DNA of 64,000 nt from a virus. A program made the position numbers and the translations under genes. A model generated the notes under the pieces. The model did not search any database and was not told where the DNA came from. It saw nothing but the letters and a program-made list of their open reading frames with translations. Below are positions 46,587-55,391 of this stretch, piece after piece; within the stretch, counting starts at the first letter, position 1, and each line of letters begins with the position of its first letter. Where the stretch lies: the IMG/VR virus record IMGVR_UViG_3300044761_000059, positions 7,286 to 71,285 of that record, one strand, 5' to 3'.

Positions 46587-47129
46587 TCACCGCCTCTCCC
46601 CGCGGGCGACCGCTTCGCGCAGCGGCTTCAGCCAGGCCGCGTCAGGCCGGTAGTCGGTCGGCAGGGATTCCAGGTACCCGAGGGCGCCACCGGCCACGGC
46701 GAGCAGCTGTCCGGTCACCGGCTCCGGGATCGGGACCGGCTTCCAGGGGCAGGGCTCGTCGCCGTAGTGGCGGTAAATCCTGGCCCGGTGTTCGGGCCAG
46801 ACCGCCTCGTACTCGGTCCCGCCGACCTCGCCATGGACATCCGCGCCGTCCGCGTAGCAACGGCCCTCGAAGACCTTCTGGGCCTGGTTGATGCTCGGCC
46901 ACACGCGCTTGTCGTCGTTCAGGTGGGCGTGCTCGGTCACGCCCTGAAGGTCCACCACCTGGCCGGGCGCGTACTTCTTCCAGCACGGTGAGCAGGCGAC
47001 TCCCTTCAGGAGGCCGCCGCAGTCAAACCGGAACTCGGCGTCGTACCGCCGGCCTTCGCGGCCGGTGCAGATGTCGCACTCAGCGTGGAACTGGTAGCCC
47101 GGGCCGATCGTGACGATAGTCGCTTTCAT
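46587..47129 (-). CDS. hypothetical protein
   Basis: CDIC...CSPC; GGAGGG RBS. Confidence 0.5.
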   Translation of the reverse strand: MKATIVTIGPGYQFHAECDICTGREGRRYDAEFRFDCGGLLKGVACSPCWKKYAPGQVVDLQGVTEHAHLNDDKRVWPSINQAQKVFEGRCYADGADVHGEVGGTEYEAVWPEHRARIYRHYGDEPCPWKPVPIPEPVTGQLLAVAGGALGYLESLPTDYRPDAAWLKPLREAVARGERR

Positions 47130-47303
47130 GCTCCCTCCCTTTTGTAGGCCGGTCCACGGGGGTACAGCCGCATCAGGATCTTGGCGTGGGTCTCGCATCG
47201 GTACTGTCCCTTGGCCTCGTACAGGGGCCCCCCGCACGGCGCGATCCGGAGGAGGATCCCATCTGGGGCACACTTCTGGGCCATCGGTCACCTCCTTTGT
47301 TTT

Positions 47304-47382
47304 CGCCCTGCCGTCATCAGGCCCCGGGAGGGCGCCCCGGGACGACCGGGCGGGGGCGCGGGCCCCCCGCCGGGGTTTCGGC
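47304..47382 (-). ncRNA. type II hammerhead ribozyme
   Basis: GCC-GAAA-stem III-GUC-stem I-CUGAUGA-C-GGC; loop I CGCCCU complementary to 3' tail AGGGCG (pseudoknot). Confidence 0.85.
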
Positions 47383-47383
47383 T

Positions 47384-48127
47384 CTAGTTGGCGCTCGCCC
47401 GCAGCCCGAACAGGCGCCCGAGCTCCGTGGTCGCCTCGAAGGCCGGCGCCGGCGCCAAGGCCTTGATCGCCCGGGTGAACGCGTTATGCAGGGCGTACTT
47501 GGTCCGGGGCTGGCAGTCCACCATCTCCGGCGTGGGGCTGAAGTAGTTCCGGTGGACGTCGTCGAAGAGCCGGACCGGCACGATCCCCTCGGCAAAGGCG
47601 TCATACGCGAGCTCCTTCGCCTCGAGGGTGGCCAGCTCCTGCTCCTGGAGCAGGCCGATGCCGTCGACCAGGGCCTTGACATGGATCAGGTACCGCTCGA
47701 GCCCGCCGTCGATCTCCGCCCGCAGGTTCAGGCCCGAGGTGTGCTTCCGGCGGAGGGCGATCAGGTCGCCGCTCAGGACCAGGTTGTCGCACACGAACAC
47801 CCGCTGGCCCGCCACCACGGTGATGGCGAACTGCTGGGCGTTCGACGCCCGGAGCCCCATGGCGACCCCGTGCCCCGGCAGCGTCAGGCCGCCGCCATTC
47901 TCGAAGTCCATGGTCCCGAACAGGAGCGCGCCGCCGTGCTGGACGCCGTACTCCTCCCGGGTCAGCCGGAGCCCGGCGGTCTCGGCACGCCGGGCGATGG
48001 TCTCCACCAGCTCAATGTGAGGCACCGGCCGGTGGATCGGGCCCAGGACCGCCGGGGCCGGCAGCTGGGCCAGTTCGGCGCGGGTCATCCGGACCGCGCC
48101 GCGGTGCAGGACGAGCTTGCTGTCCAT
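47384..48127 (-). CDS. DUF932-family protein
   Basis: HRPVPH.ELV, GLRASN, RVFVCDNL..SGD, RRKHTSG, LHNAFT. Confidence 0.75.
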   Translation of the reverse strand: MDSKLVLHRGAVRMTRAELAQLPAPAVLGPIHRPVPHIELVETIARRAETAGLRLTREEYGVQHGGALLFGTMDFENGGGLTLPGHGVAMGLRASNAQQFAITVVAGQRVFVCDNLVLSGDLIALRRKHTSGLNLRAEIDGGLERYLIHVKALVDGIGLLQEQELATLEAKELAYDAFAEGIVPVRLFDDVHRNYFSPTPEMVDCQPRTKYALHNAFTRAIKALAPAPAFEATTELGRLFGLRASAN

Positions 48128-48147
48128 CGCTCCTCCTCCTCCGCCGC

Positions 48148-48522
48148 CTAGGCGGCTCCCGTCTTTGGGGTGAAGATGCGGCCGAGGCTCACCGTCGCCT
48201 GGGGGAACAATTCGGCGACGCGATCCATCGCCCGCTGGTCCCGGCCCCCGATGTGCCAGTCCCGGATCCCCTCGGTCGCCGGGGCCGTAGGCCCGAGGTA
48301 CTTCCGCCCGGTCTTGTAGTTGTAGATGGTCGCCACCGTCGGTTCCGGGAACTCCGCGGTCCCCCCCGGGAACTCGAGGATCCACTCGGCGTCGACCTTG
48401 TAGCCGTCGCCCTTCAGGGGCTCGCCGAGCGTGGCCACGAGGTCGGCGTAGCCGATGTCCAGGTAGGCCAGGAAGCCGGTCCCCGTGGCCCGCGCGGGTT
48501 CCTGCAGCACCTTGAACTCCAT
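48148..48522 (-). CDS. hypothetical early protein
   Basis: Y..LV..LGEP..GDGYKVDAEW...ATIYNYK...WHIGG. Confidence 0.65.
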   Translation of the reverse strand: MEFKVLQEPARATGTGFLAYLDIGYADLVATLGEPLKGDGYKVDAEWILEFPGGTAEFPEPTVATIYNYKTGRKYLGPTAPATEGIRDWHIGGRDQRAMDRVAELFPQATVSLGRIFTPKTGAA

Positions 48523-48537
48523 GGGTCTCCTCCTTGT

Positions 48538-48598
48538 GCCCCGCCTTGCCACGGGGCTTGGGGTTTACGCCCCGGGGATCCCCGGGGTGGCTCGCCTT
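48538..48598 (-). ncRNA. twister-like ribozyme (circularly permuted, P5-type), copy A
   Basis: GGCGA-GCCA-[CCCCGGG/CCCGGGG]-UAAACCCC-[GCCCCG UGGC AA GG CGGGGC]; UGGC:GCCA and GG:CC pseudoknots. Confidence 0.75.
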
Positions 48599-48839
48599 AG
48601 TCGTCCTCGGGCTCATCCGCCCCGTCAGCCTCCTGGGACTGGACGATGGTCACCTGGAACTCGGCCCCGTTCTGGAGCCGGACCACCAGGCCGCGGTTGT
48701 TGGTCAGAACCCCGGCGTCCTCGAAGGTGCTGATCCCGGCGTCGCTCAGTTCTTCGCCCGCGATCCGATCCTGGCTGGACGATGCCGCGACCGCCTCCAG
48801 GACCTCCTGCAGGGTCCGTTCGAACTTGCGCTCGTTCAT
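48597..48839 (-). CDS. hypothetical early protein
   Basis: TFEDAGVLTNNRGLVVR...EFQVTIVQS. Confidence 0.65.
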   Translation of the reverse strand: MNERKFERTLQEVLEAVAASSSQDRIAGEELSDAGISTFEDAGVLTNNRGLVVRLQNGAEFQVTIVQSQEADGADEPEDD

Positions 48840-48849
48840 CGTTCCCTCC

Positions 48850-49239
48850 CTACCCGACCTGGGTCAGCCGGCCGCAGGCCGGGTGGTACCAGCCGTGGCG
48901 CCGACGCTGCTCGAGGCTCGGCTGGAGCCGCTGCGCGACCAGGGTGCGAAGCCCCGTGAAGTCGAAGTACCGCTGCTTGACGTCCGGGGCGCCCTTCGGG
49001 ATCTGGCAGCCGCACCACTTGTCGTCGACGTACTGGTAGGAATCGTCGAACCTGGCGAAGGTCCCGAACAGGGCATCGCACGCTAGGCAATTGTGCAGCT
49101 GGTCGCCTGGGCTCCAGGCGCCCAGCCGGGAATGAATCGCTTTCACCCGGTAGCTGCTGCACGCCGGGCACTTCGGCCGGAGATCCTCGTCCACGTAGGT
49201 CAGGTGGACCGCCGCGACGGCCATGCTTCTCGTGCTCAT
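48850..49239 (-). CDS. Zn-ribbon hypothetical protein
   Basis: CPAC...CLAC...YFDF...RRHGW. Confidence 0.55.
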   Translation of the reverse strand: MSTRSMAVAAVHLTYVDEDLRPKCPACSSYRVKAIHSRLGAWSPGDQLHNCLACDALFGTFARFDDSYQYVDDKWCGCQIPKGAPDVKQRYFDFTGLRTLVAQRLQPSLEQRRRHGWYHPACGRLTQVG

Positions 49240-49517
49240 GACTCGGCCTCCTTGATCGCCGCCCGCAGGGCCGGCTCATAGACGTCCCCGCGCCAGGAGT
49301 TTTCGCCGAAGGCAACGGTGGCTTCCTGGCCGAGGCCAGCCAGCTTGTTCACCGACAGGACCGCCACTTGGCCGGCCTGCTGGAAGACGATCCCGAGCAT
49401 CACGCCCGGGCACTCCGCCGGATCCGCGAACCGCACCGCGTAGAAGGGCGCGCCGCCGACGCCGTTCCGGTGGTGCGCCACCTCGTAGATTCTGAGGTCG
49501 CGTAGCATCTTGGCCAT
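49236..49517 (-). CDS. hypothetical early protein
   Basis: HHRNGVGG.PFYAV.F...NSWRGD. Confidence 0.6.
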   Translation of the reverse strand: MAKMLRDLRIYEVAHHRNGVGGAPFYAVRFADPAECPGVMLGIVFQQAGQVAVLSVNKLAGLGQEATVAFGENSWRGDVYEPALRAAIKEAES

Positions 49518-49529
49518 GGGTCTCCTCCT

Positions 49530-49790
49530 TTATGCCGGTATCGGCAGGTGTGCGAGCAGGTGTACGTGCTTTCCGTGCCGCTGGGCTTCGGCCTCGCTCC
49601 GGAGGAGTTCCTCGAAGCGGCGTGGGCCGATCCACATCCGGTCGAAGGTTTTGTTGACCGGGTTGTACCACTCGATCTCGACGACGCCGCGCACCGTGTC
49701 CTGGCCGGCCACCTTGAACTCGCTGTCGGCGACGATCTTGACCACCTTGTGCCAGCCGGCGATCGCCAGCCGGGCTTCGCTCTTGAGCAT
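49530..49790 (-). CDS. hypothetical early protein
   Basis: AAGGAG RBS. Confidence 0.5.
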   Translation of the reverse strand: MLKSEARLAIAGWHKVVKIVADSEFKVAGQDTVRGVVEIEWYNPVNKTFDRMWIGPRRFEELLRSEAEAQRHGKHVHLLAHLPIPA

Positions 49791-49801
49791 GCCGTTCTCC
49801 T

Positions 49802-50023
49802 TTAGCGGGTGAAGCCCCCGCGGTAGCGCCCGTTCACCACCACCTCGTACTGGGCGCCCTTGGGAATGTTGGTTGTCGCCATCGAGGTGGCCACGCGCAG
49901 GGTCCCGCAGTGGCTCGAGCCGAACCCGCCGCCCTGGGGGTTTCGCGTGAAGAAGTGCCAGGTCGCCCGGTGCTTCTCGAGGGTGACCACCCATCCATCC
50001 GTCTTGTAGACCACCGTGCCCAT
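49802..50023 (-). CDS. hypothetical early protein
   Basis: GGAGGAGG RBS directly after ribozyme copy B. Confidence 0.55.
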   Translation of the reverse strand: MGTVVYKTDGWVVTLEKHRATWHFFTRNPQGGGFGSSHCGTLRVATSMATTNIPKGAQYEVVVNGRYRGGFTR

Positions 50024-50037
50024 CGTTCCTCCTCCGT

Positions 50038-50099
50038 GGGCCGCCTTGCCACGGCCCGTGGGGTTTACCGGGCCCCCCGTCGGGGCCCGTGGCTCGCCT
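50038..50099 (-). ncRNA. twister-like ribozyme, copy B
   Basis: GGCGA-GCCA-[CGGGCCCC/GGGGCCCG]-G-UAAACCCC-[GGGCCG UGGC AA GG CGGCCC]; stems covary relative to copy A. Confidence 0.75.
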
Positions 50100-50187
50100 A
50101 GAAGCTCCGCTTGACCGCGTTCTGCAGCTTCAGCCGGGCGATTGTCCGCCCCGGGAACTGCATCAGCGTTCCGTATGTGAGGCTCAT
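50098..50187 (-). CDS. 29-aa peptide MSLTYGTLMQFPGRTIARLKLQNAVKRSF
   Basis: AAGGAGG RBS, ATG...TAG, between two ribozymes; too short for the supplied ORF track. Confidence 0.55.
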   Translation of the reverse strand: MSLTYGTLMQFPGRTIARLKLQNAVKRSF

Positions 50188-50203
50188 CGGATCCTCCTTC
50201 TCG

Positions 50204-50262
50204 GCTGGCCTTGCCACCAGCGGCGGGGTTTAAGGGAGGCTCGCGCCCCCCCGGCTCACCTT
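50204..50262 (-). ncRNA. twister-like ribozyme, copy C
   Basis: GGUGA-GCCG-[GGGGGGC GCGA GCCUCCC]-U-UAAACCCC-[GCUGG UGGC AA GG CCAGC]. Confidence 0.75.
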
Positions 50263-50532
50263 GTGTGTTGCGTTACCGGCCTGTCGGCCGGGGCCCTCGT
50301 AGGCTCCCCCGTCCCCCGGGCCGTTCCCCCCCGGGCCTCTCCCCTGGCGGGGCGGTACCGGGCTTCGCGGCGCGGGCTCTGGAGGGCCGGGCGCGTTAGG
50401 GATTCGCGGGTGCCAGGCTCCCTTCGGCCTCTCTTATGTGCGCTCCCCGGGGGCTCTCTTTCGCCGTCTTCCCCGGATCCGCTTGTTGGTGGCATCCCCC
50501 CTTCCGGTGTTACTTGTGTGTCTCTAGTTGCA

Positions 50533-50560
50533 AGTATAACGCCTGTTACGCCGTTGTCAA
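50533..50560 (-). promoter_or_regulatory. near-consensus sigma70 early promoter
   Basis: TTGACA-N16-TATACT in an AT-richer intergenic island. Confidence 0.8.
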
Positions 50561-50730
50561 CGGAAAAAGCGCCATCGGCAAGCAGTTTAGTCGGGGTGTT
50601 TATGCGGACTTACGGGGGTGGCCGGCGGGAGGCGCCCCGGGGGGGGCTGGGTGGCCCCCCTGGCGGGGCGGGCTGGGGGCTTCTGCCACGGGGTAGGTAG
50701 CCGGGTTCCTCAAGCCTGGGCGTCTCCGGC

Positions 50731-51024
50731 TCAGAGGCGCCTTGCCAGGAACGAGAGCAGGTGCGTCCTGGGGTTGTCCTCCAGGGCCATCGCCGGGTCC
50801 GCCTGCTCGGCGCGGGCCGGGCAGGCGTCCGGGCCCCACAGGGGATCGAAGTTGAACGGCCACCGGAACCATCGGCCGGTCTTTCGGTTATTCAGGGCAG
50901 CCTCCAGGCCGCCGGCGAGGAGGGCGTCGATCTTGGCCGGGTCCAGGTCCCAGCGGTAGGCGCAGCGGAGATGGCTGTCTCCCGGGATCTCCCGCCGGTA
51001 CCCGCAGCCGCGACAGGGGAGCAT
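50731..51024 (-). CDS. hypothetical protein
   Basis: C..C.YRREIPGDSH..C...WF.WPFNFDP.W...C. Confidence 0.6.
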   Translation of the reverse strand: MLPCRGCGYRREIPGDSHLRCAYRWDLDPAKIDALLAGGLEAALNNRKTGRWFRWPFNFDPLWGPDACPARAEQADPAMALEDNPRTHLLSFLARRL

Positions 51025-52205
51025 CAGAGGATCCTCCCCTGGGCCGGCGGGGGCTCGCCCTGGGCCGGCGGCTTCGCCCGGGCCGCGATGGCGTCCAGGC
51101 GGTCCTTGAAGGCCTGAGCGAGCCGCTTCCGGACGGGCTCCGGCTTGGTCTCGATCGTCGGGTACTGCCGGTCCCACAGCATGTCGACGCCGCCGCCCGT
51201 GACCGCCTTGCCGAGCTCCTCGAGTAGGCCGAGCTCCCACTTGGTGGCCGGGTAGTGGGCCTGGGCCGGCTGCGGTGGGGCTGGTGCTTGGGGCGCCTGG
51301 GCCGGCACTGCGGGCTGGGGGATGGCGGTCGCGGCCGCGGCCTTGGCCGCCTCGGGCGAGTCCTCCTCCACCAGCACGGCGCCCGGCGTGTCGTCCGGCC
51401 CGTCGTCCACCGCCGCCGGCAGGGCGAGGCGCTCGGTCGGGGCGAAGAGGGCCTGGGCGCTCCCCTGGAGCTTGATCATGTCCTCGAGCGTGTAGGGCAG
51501 CCGCGGCTTCAGCAGCCAGTGGACGCTTTTCTTGCCCTCGTACTCGATCTCCTCCGGCTCCCGGGTGAGCACGAACGGGATCAGGACCACCCGGTTGAAC
51601 GGGGGCGTGGAGGCCTTCAGCCAGTCCACGATGCTATTCATGGCGACGATGTTGTTCCAGCTCCCGGTCGTGATCTGGTAGACGCCGCCCATGCTGATCT
51701 TCGGCAGGATGACGAACAGGACGCCCTGGGCCCGGCAGACGCCCTCGTCCACCAAGGGACAGCCGGGGCCCTTCTCCGGATCCCGGCAGCCGATCTCCAC
51801 GAGCGCGTTGTGGTCGGCCTCCTTGGGGATCTCCTGGAGGAGCCGCGCGTTGGCGTCGTCCAGGATCTTGCCGTCCTTCTTCCGGATCCACACCAGGTCG
51901 GCCGCCCGGCGCATGGCCCGCTCCCCGTCCCCGCGGCAGCGGAGGCCCTGCTGCACGTAGGCCTTGTACTGCTGGGTGAAGAACCGGGTCTCGTCGGCGG
52001 GCGGGAACATGACGTCCAGGGACTTCGGCTTCTCCCCGTACTTCTCCTGGACCTCGGGCGGGCAGACGAAGTAGTCGACCTCCTTCGGGTACTCGACCGG
52101 GCCCGTGGGGGTCTGCTTCACCATCTTGATCCCGAGCCGGATCTTCCCGAGGCGGGGCAGCCGGCGGATCTCCGAGAGGCCCTTGATGCGGGGCTGGACG
52201 GGCAT
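51024..52205 (-). CDS. Gp3-like / recombination directionality factor-like protein
   Basis: IKGLSE.RRLPRLGKIRLG...PKEVDYF...CRGDG...GVYQITTGS. Confidence 0.7.
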   Translation of the reverse strand: MPVQPRIKGLSEIRRLPRLGKIRLGIKMVKQTPTGPVEYPKEVDYFVCPPEVQEKYGEKPKSLDVMFPPADETRFFTQQYKAYVQQGLRCRGDGERAMRRAADLVWIRKKDGKILDDANARLLQEIPKEADHNALVEIGCRDPEKGPGCPLVDEGVCRAQGVLFVILPKISMGGVYQITTGSWNNIVAMNSIVDWLKASTPPFNRVVLIPFVLTREPEEIEYEGKKSVHWLLKPRLPYTLEDMIKLQGSAQALFAPTERLALPAAVDDGPDDTPGAVLVEEDSPEAAKAAAATAIPQPAVPAQAPQAPAPPQPAQAHYPATKWELGLLEELGKAVTGGGVDMLWDRQYPTIETKPEPVRKRLAQAFKDRLDAIAARAKPPAQGEPPPAQGRIL

Positions 52206-52215
52206 GGGGTCTCCT

Positions 52216-52488
52216 TTATGCGGTGCGCTCGAAGGGCGCCGGCGCTATGATCCCGAACTCCCCCCGGGTTGTAAAGCGGAGGATCCGGACGGGCTTCTGG
52301 AAGCGGTCCGCGACCTCCTGGGCCAGGGGCATCAGGGAGGCGACCCGCGCCGGATCGGCGCCGACCAAAGGCATCCAGTAACCGGCGTCCGTCGTCGCGC
52401 CGATCCGGATGAAGTGGGCAACGATGCCCTCGTCGTCTGGGCCCGTGTCCTCCACTACGAAAGCGAACATCTCGGTGATCCGCGGCAT
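52216..52488 (-). CDS. hypothetical protein
   Basis: I.EMFAFV..D...DEGI...MPLVGAD..R. Confidence 0.55.
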   Translation of the reverse strand: MPRITEMFAFVVEDTGPDDEGIVAHFIRIGATTDAGYWMPLVGADPARVASLMPLAQEVADRFQKPVRILRFTTRGEFGIIAPAPFERTA

Positions 52489-52763
52489 CAGCCGAGCCCC
52501 TCCTTCCTCAGCGCCGCCTGGAGTACGCCGATCACGGAAACCTGCTGGTGGCAAGCCATGATGCTGATTGTGTTGAGGGCCTTCTCGTATTCCTCCAGGG
52601 GGCCCGCGAGGGTGAGGGCTTCGGCAGGCGAGAGCGAAGGCAGTGCAGCCCTCGCTGCCTTCACTCCATCGGCCACCCGCACCAGGAACATCCCCATGCC
52701 CGGGCTAATGGAGGAGACGCCGTGCTCCGTCAGGTAGGCCGCCGCCTTGGCGATCGCGCTCAT
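52488..52763 (-). CDS. hypothetical protein
   Basis: coupled ORF. Confidence 0.45.
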   Translation of the reverse strand: MSAIAKAAAYLTEHGVSSISPGMGMFLVRVADGVKAARAALPSLSPAEALTLAGPLEEYEKALNTISIMACHQQVSVIGVLQAALRKEGLG

Positions 52764-53017
52764 GGTGAGGTCTCCTCTAAAAACTCGATCTCGTCACATC
52801 CTACCCCTTGAGCCTCGCACCACTCCCGGATGGCGTCGTTCCACTCCTTGCGCTCGCTGGGCGAGAGGAACTTCCAGTTCTCTTTGGATACGATGCGCTC
52901 GGTCTTTTGATAGGCATAGATCACCGCCGGATGGACTCCGGCCTCGCGCATCGCCTTCAGCAGGTGCTGCTCAAAGTCCGCCGCGTCCACGTGGCTCGGT
53001 TGCTTCTTCTTGGCCAT
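52760..53017 (-). CDS. hypothetical protein
   Basis: AMREAGVHPAVIYAYQKT...N...LS..E..EW..A..E. Confidence 0.55.
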   Translation of the reverse strand: MAKKKQPSHVDAADFEQHLLKAMREAGVHPAVIYAYQKTERIVSKENWKFLSPSERKEWNDAIREWCEAQGVGCDEIEFLEETSP

Positions 53018-53335
53018 CTAGCTCTTCCGGTCGGGCTGCTCCCGCTCCGACTGCGCCTGTCTCAGGCGGCCCTTGCGCTGCCGCCGCCGGCTCCGGCGGA
53101 AGCTCTCGAACCACCGGCCCAGGAAGAAAGCCGCCACGAAGGCTCCGACCATCCAGCCCGCGATCTCGATCATGATCCCTCCTCCTTATTGGTGGGCGTG
53201 TCGTCCGTGGAGCGGCATATCGGTTACGACCTGGCATCCCCAGCAGAACCACACGCGCTCCCCGCAGACGTCGCAGAGGGCCAGGTAGCAATCCCCGCTG
53301 CACTCCGCGCACGTCCGGTGGCCCTTCTCAGGCAT

Positions 53336-53665
53336 CTAGCCCTCCCGCACGATCCGGGCCTTGCAGGTCGGGCACTCGAGGACGTCCACTCGAGGGTAGT
53401 GCTCGTGGCCGCTCGGCCGCATGCCGCCTTCCCACTGGTTCAGGAGCGGCCCGGGCTGGCCGTGGAAGACGACTTGCGTGACGCCCACGGCGATCACCCG
53501 CATGGGGCGCTGGAGCGCGACCGGCGGGAACTTCTCCGCGGGGAGATCGCGCCCCGTCGGGTCCTTGACCGAGCAGTAGCGGTTCGCGGCGCCGTAGACC
53601 TGAGCGTCGGGCGCGCCGGCGCCTTTGGTCCCGGGCTGGGCCTCGCAGAGGCAGTAGAGCATCAA
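53336..53665 (-). CDS. Zn-ribbon hypothetical protein
   Basis: LYCLC...ECPTC. Confidence 0.45.
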   Translation of the reverse strand: MMLYCLCEAQPGTKGAGAPDAQVYGAANRYCSVKDPTGRDLPAEKFPPVALQRPMRVIAVGVTQVVFHGQPGPLLNQWEGGMRPSGHEHYPRVDVLECPTCKARIVREG

Positions 53666-53821
53666 GGTGTCCTCCTCCGTGTTTGCTCGAGTAGGGCTCT
53701 CAGGTCCGCGACCAGGTCCTTCACTCGGTCTGGCGGGAAGTCCTTCCACGGGAAGGCCAGCAGCCGATCTTCGGCCCGCTTGACCCGTCGCTCGATCAGC
53801 TCGAGCTCGTCCTCCTCCATG

Positions 53822-54244
53822 TCAGAACGGCACATCGTCGCCCTTCGTCCGATCGGCCGGTGGCTCCGGGGCGGACGGCGGCGCGGCGGTCAGCAGGGCC
53901 ATGTCCCGGGCTGTCCGTTCCCGGATCTCCCGCGCCTCCTCCCGCTTCTCGTAGTCCATCCAGCGGCGCCAGTCGTTCTCGAAGGCCTTCTTGTCCTCGT
54001 AGGGCTTCTTCTCGAACCGCTCGTAGTAGTCGAGCTCCTCCAGGGAGGCGAAGGTTTTCAGCGTGACCGTGACCTCGTCGAAGCCGACCAGGCCCATCAT
54101 CATGGTCTGCGCCGCCCCCCGATCCTGCGTCCGGAGGTCCGTGATACTGCCGAACGTGATCACGTAGAACGGCCGGTCGGCGCTCTCCTCAGCTGCTCGG
54201 GTCCCCCGGACCAGCAAGTCCAGGTCCAGGGTCGGCTTCGCCAT
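53822..54244 (-). CDS. hypothetical protein ending in DDVPF (SSB-like tail)
   Basis: C-terminal GDDVPF; AGGAGG RBS. Confidence 0.5.
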   Translation of the reverse strand: MAKPTLDLDLLVRGTRAAEESADRPFYVITFGSITDLRTQDRGAAQTMMMGLVGFDEVTVTLKTFASLEELDYYERFEKKPYEDKKAFENDWRRWMDYEKREEAREIRERTARDMALLTAAPPSAPEPPADRTKGDDVPF

Positions 54245-55391
54245 CGGCGGCCTCCTTCTTCTTCGCCCGCTTCTCGGGCTTTGGGGTGGGCTTGGTGATC
54301 CGGAGGGTCAGGCTGGGCTTGTTTCGGCGCGTGCGCTCCAGGATCTCCGGGGGTATCTGCTCCTGGTCCACCGACCAGTGGTCCTGCAGGTCCAGCCGGA
54401 TCACGTAGGGGCCGGCGCGGCCGCCGCGGAGGCCAGCAGCCGCGATGTCCCGCACGATCCCGTCCCGGAGTTCTTCCTTGTGCTTCCGGTCCCGGGACTC
54501 GTGGCCGCTCACCTCGAGGTACAGGGCGGCCCGGTCCTCCCACTCCTTGTCCAGCTGCGCGTCCTCGGCCAGGGCGGTGTACTCCTTCTCGTAGCCGTCC
54601 CAGCAGGCCGCGGCCCACCCGCAGTAGCCGCAGGGGTACTCCGTCCCGAGCTCGAAGGGGCGGGCCGGCAAGGTCGCCGCGGCCCGGTACCGTTCGATCT
54701 CGGCGAACTTGGCGATCGCCGCCTGGACGACGCCGGGCATCTTGAAGCCTGGCGCGCTGCGCTCGCCGTCGCTCCGGATGATCTCCTCCACGGTGAGAGT
54801 GTCGCCCCCCGCTTCGTAGTCGCAGAGCAGCTCCATGTACTGCGCCGTGTTCTTGTTCTTGAGGAGGAGGAGCCCCTTGGTGAGCTCCGGCGCGAGCAAC
54901 TGGACGGCGCGCATGTAGATGGCCAGCTGGGTCAGGTTGTCGAGGGGCCAGCCCCCCTTCCAGATGCGATCGTACCCGAAGTGGTTGATCGCCTTGTGTT
55001 CCAGCATGAAGTCGACCCGCGCCAGATCCGTGAGGATCCCGTCGGGGTGGCCGTGGAGGTCCTCGGCCGGCAGCGCCTTCTTGCAGATGTAGCACCACCG
55101 GGTATGCCCCTTCTTCCAGGGCAGGACGGCGGGGAGGCTCACGGCCATCTGCTCTGAATGCAGGGTGAAGGCGGTCTTGCGGATCCAGTCCTTGGTCAGC
55201 TCCTCGTGCCAGGAGGAGTCGTCGAAGATGAGCATGGCCCGGCCGGGGAAGGGCTGCCGGGGGATCCCGGCGGCGTGGTAGGTGAGGGCCCGGATGCACC
55301 GCTCGGGGCCGGCCGAGGATGGACGCTCCGAGTAGTCGGCGGGGGGGCCCTGGAGCTCGGCGGCGATCTTCGGGATGACGTCAGCCAGCAT
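54189..55391 (-). CDS. Cas4-like PD-(D/E)xK exonuclease with Fe-S Cys motif
   Basis: RPSSAG..RC.R, GHPDG, LEHKA, QLAIY, CGYC.....C. Confidence 0.8.
   Translation of the reverse strand: MLADVIPKIAAELQGPPADYSERPSSAGPERCIRALTYHAAGIPRQPFPGRAMLIFDDSSWHEELTKDWIRKTAFTLHSEQMAVSLPAVLPWKKGHTRWCYICKKALPAEDLHGHPDGILTDLARVDFMLEHKAINHFGYDRIWKGGWPLDNLTQLAIYMRAVQLLAPELTKGLLLLKNKNTAQYMELLCDYEAGGDTLTVEEIIRSDGERSAPGFKMPGVVQAAIAKFAEIERYRAAATLPARPFELGTEYPCGYCGWAAACWDGYEKEYTALAEDAQLDKEWEDRAALYLEVSGHESRDRKHKEELRDGIVRDIAAAGLRGGRAGPYVIRLDLQDHWSVDQEQIPPEILERTRRNKPSLTLRITKPTPKPEKRAKKKEAADGEADPGPGLAGPGDPSS

Noticed and set aside
54189-55391. Cas4-like nuclease as an adaptation module for the array
   Set aside because: It lies ~14 kb away next to a recombination protein; stand-alone Cas4-like exonucleases are common in phage recombination modules.
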